From positions 5,270,001-5,334,000 of the forward strand of contig OZ361256.1 of NCBI GenBank assembly GCA_977018835.1: a stretch of DNA of 64,000 nt. Reading direction: 5' to 3'. Under the pieces are notes generated by a model. It saw only the letters and a list, made by a program, of their open reading frames with translations. It searched no databases and had not been told where the DNA came from. A program made the position numbers and the translations under genes. How positions within the stretch are numbered: position 1 is the stretch's first letter; each line of letters begins with the position of its first letter. Source of the DNA: Minutocellus sp. GHC0000111 (taxonomy: Eukaryota). Positions 25,872-36,619 of this stretch are shown piece by piece.

Positions 25872-27154
25872 ATGCTTGCAGACCCAAGTCGAGACGTGCA
25901 GAGCCCAGGCAGCAGCAGCCATCGCCGAAACACAAAATCCAAACGACAAAACTCAAGCAAGGAGAGTTGCCTCTCGTATCCAGGCTTGCCTCGTATCCCC
26001 TGCTGCCCTGCTCTCCACCCAAGCAAGCTCCACAGCCTTGCCCACACCAAATGCTTCTCAACGGTGGTGGCGGGAGCCGCTCGGCCCTCCGGCTGCGCAG
26101 TGCCAACGACGAGAATGCGGTCGTGGGCGTTGCCAGCAAGGCCCTTGGTTCCGCTAAAACTCCTGGTGGGGGTGGCGGTGGCAACACCAACAAGCCCACG
26201 GTCCGGCTGGCCCTTGGGCCCGCCAAGTCTCTTGATGCGAACGGATCGGGGGGTGGAGGCGTCGTTGCCAAGACGCCTGGCCCGTCAAACGCGCGGAGGA
26301 GGGCCTTTGGGGACATATCCAATCGCAAGGCCGGTCGTGGACCTGGCAATCAGAATGCTGGTGCAGGAGGAGCCAAGACGCCCAAGGCCGTGTCGTTCCA
26401 GAGCAATCTGTTTGGCCCTCCTCCTGCCAAGACTCCTGGTGGTGGTGGATTAGGCAATGGTGGAGGTGGCGGCGGGAAATCGGCCAAGAAGAAGGGCCTG
26501 CAGCTACAGCAGCAGCGCACTCCGTTCGTGTCTCGAAATCCGAATATCAATGCCAATGCCAATACCCATACCAACAGATCCGTCAGCTTCGAGCCATCTG
26601 CCTCCTCTACCATCAAGCTCCCGTCCAATGCCGTCATGCCCATGAGCAGCCGCAAGGAACAGGCATCTAAGGCATCGAGCGTCGTCGTTCCCAGGACGAC
26701 GTCGGTCGTGCAGGACCAAACCATCGACGAGGACGACGGCGGTGGATCCGTCAGCTCCGTCGAGCTGCCGGCCGGGGGAAGGATTTGGGACCCGTCCGAC
26801 TTCTTTGGCGACGATGATTCGTACGACCTCGCTGCCAAGATTGCCGCCGTCAACACGTCCCTCGACGACGACCCGTCGTTTGTTATGCCGACGTTCCCGT
26901 CCAAGGCTGCTGCGGCTGCGGGTACTGACGCGGATGATGATCGGCTCTTTGCCAAGGAGGTGGAGGAGCTGGAGAAGGAGGATTACGAGACGTTGGATCA
27001 TTTGCTGAATGAATTTGCCCCCGAAGATGACGATGGCTACGCTGAGGATGATCTCCTCTCCGGTCTGACCCCGTCTGTTGATGATCATGACGACGACGAC
27101 CACGACGACGGCCTTGCCCTTTTGGACGATCTCGATGATCTTGCGTTGGCATGA
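25872..27154 (+). CDS. Intrinsically disordered cell-cycle protein with DEN/D-box-like degrons (securin-like candidate)
   Basis: ORF 25967-27154 (start uncertain, possibly ATG at 26051). Contains SANDENA, RRAFGDISN and repeated KTP; basic N-half and very acidic C-half. Confidence 0.6.
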
Positions 27155-27375
27155 TCGATATCGTTAGCTTGGACTTTGGAATCGACTCTCTCACTCTGTA
27201 CGAAATAGGACTCTTTCATTTTACCGCCCCAGAACCTCATTACTCGAAAGGACCACATTGAACTTATACAGCTGTATATATATAAGCAAAATTAAACAAA
27301 ACTTTACATGTAGCAGATTTATATAACTGTAAGGTTTTGTACATCTCTAGTTTGTATATCGCGTAAGCATAGCTA

Positions 27376-28728
27376 CTACGCAGGATTGTCCTGAAAGTCA
27401 TCGGAACTTCGATGGCTCTCTGGTGCGCTTTCCCTCTCTGGTATTCTCGTGAGCTCATAATGTCCATCTCCATTCTCAATCTGCTTTTTGGCGTTTTTCT
27501 TTTCCTCCTCGGCAGCCGCTTCCTCTGGTAATAAGTCGTCACAGGAATCGACGGAATTCTTCTCCTCCCCGTTGCCATCTGCCGTGGACGCTTTCCCCAG
27601 TGCGCTTGCTGTTGACGTTGCATTCATCCACGACGAAGGAGCCCAAGAACTAGGTCCCGACGTGGTTTGTCGACCTTCTCGTTGCATATAGCTGCTCCCA
27701 CCGTCACCTCCCAGCGGATCGGGATGCAAGAACACCATCTTCACTGCCATGTATCTGCCAATGTCTGGGTCCTTCCTTCGCAAACGCTGATACGTTGGCC
27801 GGGCATATACAAAGGCATTCCAAAATCCCTGAAGGGGTGTGAAGATGACAATGACCATGACAGCCCAAAATGCCTTGTAGCCGGCGATCCAATCGGCCAG
27901 GTGAAAGACCGTCGGCCCGAGCCAGCTTATTATGAAAGCAACTACGTACAGGGTGGCTTGAACAGCCACCATTCGTTCTCGGTTGACCTCCTTCTTCATC
28001 TCTGCAATGCTCTCCACCCCCCATTGTTGCGCGTGCGAACGACTCCGATACTTTTGGATGGACTTTTCCTGTTGCCGAACTTTCCACCATATGGCCGTGT
28101 TGGTGGCAATCACAATCAAAATGTAGGCCTGGACCCAGGCCTGCGCGAATATTTCGTACAGCAGACCCAGGGTTTGCGGTGGAAACCGATCGCAAGTTGG
28201 TGCCTCGGGGCTCGATTCGCACCCGGGAGGGTAGCTCCCGATGAAGCAAAAACCAAACACGGGGTTGAACATCTCGATGGCCACGCCCGTCGATGCAAAT
28301 CCGACGAATATCACAAACACGAGGATGTGCGCGAGGGGCTCGAACTTGGTCCATCGCTCCGGCCTGACGCCACGGCAGATGGTCAGCCAGAAGTATATCG
28401 AGAGCAGAGAGTTGTAGGCGCCGGTGGCATGGGCCATCTCGATGAAGAAGCCCTGCAGCCTGCAGGTGGCCATGTTGCCCTGCGCACCGGGGACGCCGTA
28501 CCCGGCAGGCGCCAGGAGGAACGTCCACGCCTTGACCAGGCTGTACATCAGGTCATATATTGACATGGCCAAGAGTAGTCGATTGTGCGGCTTGCGCAAT
28601 TTGGTCTGCCGTCCCACGACGAGCATGGAGTAAATGATGAGACCACTGCCGACCACGGACAGGTTGGCCGTGATGAGCGGTATGTATGCCGCGCACGCGA
28701 ATTGCCATGATGGCGGTGGGCCCGACAT
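27376..28728 (-). CDS. Seven-transmembrane GPCR-like receptor (cAMP-receptor/Git3-like type)
   Basis: Seven hydrophobic segments with NRLLLAMSIYDL, CRLQGFF, QATLYVVAF and PLQGFWNAFVY. Intact 450-aa ORF. Confidence 0.85.
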   Translation of the reverse strand: MSGPPPSWQFACAAYIPLITANLSVVGSGLIIYSMLVVGRQTKLRKPHNRLLLAMSIYDLMYSLVKAWTFLLAPAGYGVPGAQGNMATCRLQGFFIEMAHATGAYNSLLSIYFWLTICRGVRPERWTKFEPLAHILVFVIFVGFASTGVAIEMFNPVFGFCFIGSYPPGCESSPEAPTCDRFPPQTLGLLYEIFAQAWVQAYILIVIATNTAIWWKVRQQEKSIQKYRSRSHAQQWGVESIAEMKKEVNRERMVAVQATLYVVAFIISWLGPTVFHLADWIAGYKAFWAVMVIVIFTPLQGFWNAFVYARPTYQRLRRKDPDIGRYMAVKMVFLHPDPLGGDGGSSYMQREGRQTTSGPSSWAPSSWMNATSTASALGKASTADGNGEEKNSVDSCDDLLPEEAAAEEEKKNAKKQIENGDGHYELTRIPERESAPESHRSSDDFQDNPA

Positions 28729-29448
28729 TGTTGAATCCCAAGAATCGAGTCGAGTCCCTAGAATCGAATCAGCGAAAGAATGACCTCTCTACACCACCCA
28801 AAGCTATCCAAGATGAGGGTGCACCGATAATGCAATCGATACTTTCGATACCGTACCTCGATTCGCACCCCAACACTTGACTTGACTTGGGGCTGAAGAA
28901 CAGGAAGTCGTTTTGCTCTCTTTTTTCTTCTTTATCCGTCGCCCAGCGATGGCAACTTTGAGAAAAACTACAGACAAATATGTTGCTAGCAAAAAAAACT
29001 TAACCGTCTTCTCGCCACGTCTTATTCTCCCCCAAGTTGTAGAAAGGCGTGAAGGAGCGGTGATACGACCTGATTGACGAAGCGGTCAGCTCGACAGCAA
29101 CAAAACAAAAGCTTCATGATGCCGCTCCCGCTCCCGCCACGTCAATCTTCGCCGGCGTTATTGGAGCACAGGCTCTTGTACTCTATAAAACAGTCGAGTA
29201 AATCACACTGAGAAAAATTCTTCGCCCTTCGATTGGGTTCTGAAATCTGAAGAAGTGTTGTTCGATCGAAGCTTCCTCCATTGATTCATGGCCAGCAGAG
29301 CAAGGCAGCAGCAGCATCCAACCGTAACCGTGCTTTTGGCTCGCTTCAATCACTTTTCACAGTATCCTGTAGGTAGCAGCAGTTGTCCAGTCTCTTGGTA
29401 CGATCGTACGACATAGATAGTCCATTCAAAACGAGTCAAGCAAAACAC

Positions 29449-30162
29449 ATGTGCCGTCAATTCCCTCTCCAGATCCTAGCACTTGCTGCTGCCGCTGCCA
29501 TTTCATCATCACCGGCAAGTGGGTTTGCACCTCAATCCACCAGCACGATGGCAGCGAGGCATATTTCGTCCTTTGTTGGGCAGACGAATCAGCGCTTCAG
29601 GTTGGATCCTCGCCATGTTATAATTTATGGATGGGACGGCGAGATCGAGGAAGACGATCACACAACAACAATGAAAACCTCCCCCTTCCTCGATCTCGAT
29701 CTAAACGTGCCCACCTCATCGTCTTCTACCGGCAGCAGCACAATCCTCGCCGAGCGAATCACCCAGGACAGAGACAAGACCGCTTCCCTTGCGCGTCTTG
29801 CCGCCGCATTTTCACCACCCGAGAGAGCGTTGAACGTAGAGCACATCACGGACGTATCGGTCGTCGATGTCACTCACAGTCACATCGAGCTAGCGGCCAT
29901 GGTCTGCGATGGCAGCTCCGAGGGCTGCGTGTCACTCTTTGTTCCAGTCAACTTCAAGCAGGAATGTCCGCCGGTTGGATTTGAAGACGATGACGATTTT
30001 GGCATGTTGGAATCTTGCGTACGAAGCAACATTGATGCCCTCTACGTCGATGCAGAGATCAATCTCCTTGAGAGGAGAGCGCGGCAAAGCGAGGAAACCA
30101 CGGGCGGGCTGTTCGGAATTTATGGCGATTCACTATCAACGCCAGATGTCTTTCGGCCCTGA
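29449..30162 (+). CDS. Predicted plastid-targeted protein of unknown function
   Basis: Signal peptide followed by ASGFAP (ASAFAP-type motif) and a Ser/Thr-rich transit-like segment. Intact ORF. Confidence 0.7.
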   Translation: MCRQFPLQILALAAAAAISSSPASGFAPQSTSTMAARHISSFVGQTNQRFRLDPRHVIIYGWDGEIEEDDHTTTMKTSPFLDLDLNVPTSSSSTGSSTILAERITQDRDKTASLARLAAAFSPPERALNVEHITDVSVVDVTHSHIELAAMVCDGSSEGCVSLFVPVNFKQECPPVGFEDDDDFGMLESCVRSNIDALYVDAEINLLERRARQSEETTGGLFGIYGDSLSTPDVFRP

Positions 30163-30503
30163 GAAGTCTACCTTTGCTATCTCCGCCGTCGAAACAAATG
30201 TGTATAGTAGAGTGTATGCTAGTGTATGCTTAGCTATTTAGTAGAGTATGATATTATTATATTACCGGTAATCGTCTCTCCTCGAATAAACCGCACTAGC
30301 TAGCGCATGCGTTGTTGTTGAAACTATCGATTGGCAAACAACTACCATGGGGATCAAATGCGAACGCAGCGTAGAAAGTTCTACATCTAGTGTAAGGAAT
30401 CGAGTGTGATGTAAACTTCTACGTAAAATTGCGTGCTAATACATTGGAATTCCTAGCTAGGGCCCTATGCATAATATTTTACCATCTTCATCTTTTCCTA
30501 TTT

Positions 30504-33500
30504 TCATACAAGACAGTCATTGCAAGCGCAAATGCCTTCCGTGATGAACTTTTCGAACGGGAATTCAGCCAGAGCGCTGAGCTCTTGACATGTGCCTTCC
30601 TCGCATTCGCATGTAGAGAGTGGAGTAGGATTGGAACATCGATCCTGATCTGGTGGCGCATCGGGCAGTGTAAACAATGCGGTGTATTCGATTCGAACAT
30701 TCAGATCGGAATCAGGAGGAAAGCGAGCCGCAAATCGACATGAGGTTGAATAAATTTGGGTCAGAGCATTTGGGCCCTGTCCAATCACATATCCTGAACA
30801 TACTTCAAACAGTTCTTCCCCAAAAAAGCCCACAAACACTCGAAAGAAGAGGCATTCGGTAAGTTCCGTTTCGAATTCATACGCATATACCAAGGTATCT
30901 AGATCAGGATCCGTTCGAACCTCATACGTCATGAAACAAAATGTGTTGGGATCTGGTCCTGGCGTCGGCTCTGCCGTCGTGGGGGAAAAGGTTGGCTCAG
31001 GAGTGGTTGGCGAAAACGTAGGAAAATTTGTTGGAGAACTCGACGGCAATGCGCTGGGACTCTCCGATGGACGAAATGAGGGAAGCGCACTTGGACTTTT
31101 GGATGGGCTCGTACTTGGCATACTAGAGGGTGAAGTCGATGGTACGGGGCTCGGAGCCAATGAGGGGGATGCCGATGGAACTGCAATGGGTATAGATGAT
31201 GGCTCGGCACTTGGAGCAGACGATGGTTGAATGGACGGAGTACTGCTAGGTTCGGAGGAAGGCGATGAACTGGGTTCCGACGAGGGCAATCTACTCGGCA
31301 TCGACGAAGGTTGTAGCGACGGTGTCGCCGAAGGGGATACAGAGGGTCGAGACGACGGCGACGAGCTGGGTTGGCTCGATGGCCCATCACTTGGTGACGA
31401 GGAGGGTTCCGACGACGGTGCTAGAGATGGGGTACTGCTAGGTTCGCTGGATGGTTCAGACGAAGGAATGGCCGACGGTTGAGAACTGGGTGATGAGGAA
31501 GGTTCGCTACTCGGCAAACTCGATGGAGTAAATGACGGCACATCACTCGGCGAGCTACTGGGGATAGACGATGGGGACACAGATGGACTCGAACTTGGTT
31601 CCATGGAAGGTGCACTTGATGGCATCGATGAAGGTTCGCTGCTTGGCATAGAACTAACAGAAGGTTGAGATGAAGGCCTATCAGAAGGTTCTGGTGTAGT
31701 TGGATGTGGCGATGGCATTTTCGATGGTAACGACGAGGGCTCCGGTGACTTTGAAGGATTGCTACTCGGGGAAGCTGAAGGCATTAATGATGGCGATTCA
31801 CTGGGTATCTTGCTCGGGTTTTCACTAGGGTCACGAGAAGGTTGATCTGAGGGACTAGAACTCGGCAGTAAAGATGGCGACGATGAGGGCATCTTTGATG
31901 GTACATCGCTCGGACTTTCACTAGGGTCACGAGATGGCTCTGCGGAAGGACTGGAACTTGGCAATGCAGAGGGTGCCATTGAAGGCATCTTTGATGGTAC
32001 ACCGCTCGGGTCTTTTGATGGTGCAGAAGAAGGAGCCAAACTCGGCAATGACGAAGGCGAGCCGCTGGGCTCCAAACTCGGCGAGGTCGAGGGTACGGCG
32101 CTCGGTAAAGCGGAAGGTATCCTGCTTGGACTAGCTGACTGCACAACCGTTGGCGAGTTTGATGGACTCGATGATGGCGAGTCACTGGGGCTCGCCGACG
32201 GCACATCGCTTGGACCGGCCGACGGCGATGCCGATGGAGTGTTGCTTGGACTGGCCGACGGTGACTTCCTGGGAGCATTTGTTGGGCTTTTCGATGGATT
32301 TTGAGAAGGGGCCTTGGACGGGGACGACGTGGGCATGCGGGAAGGCATTGCGCTCAGAGTGTCGCAGATTGTTACTGCCGTTGAAAACTGTGATGTATCT
32401 GTCTGAGTGACTGAAGATGTCCCCTGTGTGCCATCTCCTGTAACTGTTGTTATCCCCGTAAGACTTTGCAGTCCCGATGCACTCCAAAGATCAAATGAGT
32501 CAATTGTGGCTGTGTACTTGATTAATAACGACTTTCCCGAACTCAGGCCGACCCCAGTGTAGGTTTTCCCAGTGCCCCCCAGTGGGAATGACGAGCCTAG
32601 ATTTGTTTCAGTCCCGTTGATATCGGTAAATGTTCCTGACCCGTAAGTCAATCCTGGGGGCAATGGATCCTTTACGACCAATTCATCAATACTAGCCCCA
32701 CCTGTATTGGTGACTCTGATCGAACACAATAATGTATCACTGGGACTGATAATGCCATCGCACGTAGCATCGACAATGAGGTCACAGTTCTTGTAAACTG
32801 TCAATTCGGGCAATGAAAATTGAAGTATTCCCTTTACCAGAGGAGTGACAATGAAATGTAAGTGGTATCGTTAGACAACAGCGTGGAAATGGCAGTGAAT
32901 AAGTAGTGACATAGAGGACATCAACCTTACCATGTCTAGTTCAGAAGTTGTTGAGCCGCTCTGTGTAGAATCTTGCCCCCAAACAGCAGCAAATTTTACT
33001 GGCCTACCATTTCCATCGACAGCCGCAATGCAAGCACCACTCATGTCTTGATCTTTGGCGTCAGTTATTATTTCCGTTTTGAAGGCAGTATTGGTTCCGC
33101 TTCCTGGAAATTTCTTGTCGATGGTCCCGTTGCAGTTATAGTCTACAAGATATTGCGCTCGCTCTAGTGCTGATACCCAAACCTGAGAATAGAGAGAAGG
33201 GAAAATACCAGGACAGATAGATCAACAGTTGTCAGTGTGCAAATCACACTTCATTGTAAAAAAGTAATTTGGCTCACAGCATACGATCGTACTCACCGGT
33301 GAAGGCTGAAGGTTACTCGACTCATGACCACTACTAGTACGACAAGTGATTTGGCTTGGATCCGGGCCTAACCTCGGACCACCCGTGCAAGCATATCCTA
33401 AACCGATGATAGCCTTTGCAGTAAGACTGTCTGTTGGCTGGAGAGGAACACCCCAGTCCACAATTTCACCCCCGCCGGATGTATCAACAAGGACCATGCC

Positions 33501-35971
33501 AAAGAATGGTTTATCGTCATTTGCTTTGAATCGATGGCCAGAGTCTTTATCTCGATTCTCATTTAGCTTCACCAATAGAGACTTCCCTGCCGGGACAGTG
33601 TGACTGCGCGTATTGCCATTGCTCAGTGTCTCGATGACAGTAATAGAATTAGATGGGTCAGGATTGAAGAGATAAACAGAAGCTGCTCCATTTCCACTTC
33701 GTCTCGTTACGGGAGTAAAGTAATCAAACGAGAACTGATCTTTTGGAAGGAGCGAGTACCACCTCATTTCAAAGTTTGAGTTTCGATCTCCTGTGATAAG
33801 GTTTGCCTGTACAGGGTTATTCGCGCAGATTTCATCCCCGGTATATGCATTTTTGATGCGGATTGTTTGACCGACATCGACACTGAACATTCGATCGCTC
33901 ATGCTCGAACTCCCAGTAATTTTCTTAGTCGATGAAGTTCCATTTCGAAAAGAAAGAGTAACTTCAATAGTTTGGCCGGACGCAGGACTCGACTCGGCAC
34001 AGTGACAATGGTGTTGGGTTGACTCGCCATAAGATAAATTTCCGTCTCTTGAAAGGCACTTGTAGGATCGGGGTCAGGGAGGGATTTGCTCTCATATAAA
34101 TCTCGCCCTACAGGAGCCACGAAGCATTCCCCCCATTTGTCAGTGTCGGCAACCTCAACAGCGCCTGCTTCAAGAGAATTGGGACTGCCATCTTTATATG
34201 GAAAGGCAGCTCTGGAAACCGAAATGGGGAATGACGCCTGGAGTGAGTCTCCACCATCGAGAAGGATCTCGATTGTTTGCACTCCCGCCTATTAGTTGCA
34301 CGTCGTTCTCAATTACAATCGAGGTTCCTGCTTCAAGGACATCGATGATACCTTGCGAATTGCAATCTGCAGGCTCCAACGGTTCACACTGTCTCCCAGA
34401 TTTCTCGTTTGTATCTCGGCACTTGATGCATCCATTGTCCGGGTCCCCATCGCCCCAAATTCTGGTTGTGGAAGACGGGTTTTGAATGTTTTGATCATAT
34501 CCGTCTTCCCATTGATCCAACCAAACCACCGTATTATCGGCTAAATGAATATAAGAAATAGATTAGGCAAGAAAAAAGAAAAGAAAAAGAGATATGGCAA
34601 AGTTTAGAGGACCGAATAAATATATAGTAAACGAATCGGCCGCTGCAATATATACAGTGGGAAAAGCAATTCTCTTCTCAGTAATACAGCGCAGCTCACC
34701 TGCTATAGCAACAGACACAAGTGTCCGCACAGGCGCTTCGCTAGCGCTGTCAAATGTTTGGAAGAGAATGTTCTCGCGCAGAGGAATAAGATACTTTTGA
34801 ATCGGCGTGGCAACGATCCCAGAAGGAGCTGGAGGAGGTGGTGTCGGGGTTGGAGCACCAGGATCCTCTTCGTCAGGTGGAGCATAAAAAAAAACAGCAT
34901 TGCACTCGGCTTCAATTTGAAAGTCTTCTATTTCCTCGGCTGTAAGTAGCTTTCCAATAAGATTTATACCCGGATCATCAAGATTGACGACAATGGTAAC
35001 TTCTTCGACTTCGGTCTGGAGGCTTCGCTCTCGTAGAGGAGTGTTGCACTGGCATGTCCGACTCGAAATGGGAAGTGTGGGAGGTCGGGGGTCGGAGGAA
35101 CCGGCGTAGGCGGCAACGGCGTAGGAGGACCACGGCCCAGCTGGCATATTGGTTCACAGTAGGCGGTCCATAGATTGCACTGAATCGATCCAAGGCCAAA
35201 CCCGAAGAAGGCACACCCATCATTTGGCGAGCAGATACGCGCACAGGTAGTAATGGTTTCTCCAGGACATGATTTCTTCGGGCACGGATTTGTGCCGCAC
35301 GGATATTTCGGACATGGATTCATATTGCACGGATTCTTGGGCCGATTGTGCTTCTTCCTGCATCGGCGGCGACACTTTTTCTTCATGTTGCGTCGCCCAC
35401 GCATCTTTCGACAGCACTTGACGTAGCAGCTCTGCTTCTTCCTCTTCTTGCGACCGCCGTTCCATTTCTTGATTCGGCCAAATGAAGAAGGACGAGGCTT
35501 GGGCCTGGCAACGGGATAACGGCCGATATTGTACGCCGGATAGGATGGATATTTGTTGTTGTATCCAGTCTGGGAATACCCAGTCGGATGTTTGTAGCCT
35601 CCAGACGAATGCTTCTGCTGGTTCTGCTGGTTGTACACTGTATATCCCTGTGTATATCCCCCAGTGTTTGTCCAGTAGTTGTTCGTGTAGGGAGAAGAGG
35701 TGTAGCCATATCCATATCCATAGCCACTGCTAAGTTGATGATGAGTAAAGATGTTGTTGGAGGAGGTTATTGCTGCTAGATCCCTTTGTTCGTCGCTCCG
35801 CTCGAAATCATCGAAGACAGCATCAGCATCGGCATCTATTTCGTTCGACAATGTCTGACGGAGTGGCGGAAGCTGATCAAGGATGGATGTAGCCGACTTC
35901 AACGGGACTTGAATAATCAAAATCGCGGCGGTGGCGATCGCCGCGATGATCAGTAGAAGTCGGGCGGCCAT
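30504..35971 (-). CDS. Large secreted/surface protein: Tyr/Gly-rich and Lys/Arg/Cys-rich N-terminus, beta-rich central region, DUF11-like domain, long PSxx repeat; introns and frameshifts
   Basis: Signal peptide at 35971. Collinear ORFs 34964-35971, 34563-35147, 34194-34529, 33899-34282, 33222-33902 and 30504-32813. DUF11-like CSIRVTNTGGASIDELVVKDPLPPGLTY. Confidence 0.7.
30960..32345 (-). repeat. Coding tetrapeptide repeat (P-S-x-x)n, mucin-like stalk
   Basis: About 450 aa of PSSSPSAEPSSMPS-type repeats in ORF 30504-32813. Confidence 0.95.
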
Positions 35972-36619
35972 GATGGAAAGGCTCTCTTTGTCACCCTGCC
36001 TCCTTGTTCGATGTGCGGGTCCGTCGTCGAAGTAGAAAGTAGCCCAGACCCAGGAAGATCTACCGGTACAGTTGATTGATCAGATCAGAAGTGAAGCACC
36101 CAGGCGGAGCAAAACAGAACGAAGGTGACAATTACTCTTTTACAGCCCAAGCCCTCGAGTAATTGGTAGCTTCCCCAGTCGGTTTTGCCTCTGCCCTGCC
36201 CTGACCTTTTGTTCTGTGTGGGCCTGGTTTGGTCACGCACGCATCACGGCCAAGGCGCAACATCGCTCTCACAGCATCATGCAATCACAGCATCTTGTGC
36301 CGGAATCCTGCGAAAAATTCATCAACGGAAACGTACGTATCGTACTCGTACCTACCAGCGCGAAGGCCTGAAAAATGACTTACTCGACTCGACTCGACCT
36401 CAAAGCAACGAGCCGAGCGATGACGATGATACAATTGTACCATACCAAGGGCCTTGATGGCATACGGCCGATAACGACAGTCACACTTTGTACACACGAG
36501 TAGTATTCACTGCCGCGCTTGCACCCCAGAGATTCGGGACCGTTTGGATCGTGACCTCGAGTCAGTCGCCACGTGCTTTTAGTAGCGCACAGTGTGCCGG
36601 CACAGCGATCTCCCGAACA

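Noticed and set aside
27667..28563. Long ORFs overlapping the GPCR in other frames or on the other strand
   Set aside because: GC-rich shadow ORFs with no recognisable motifs.
30960..32345. Possible CRISPR array or satellite
   Set aside because: Degenerate 12-nt periodicity that encodes PSxx repeats, with no repeat-spacer structure.
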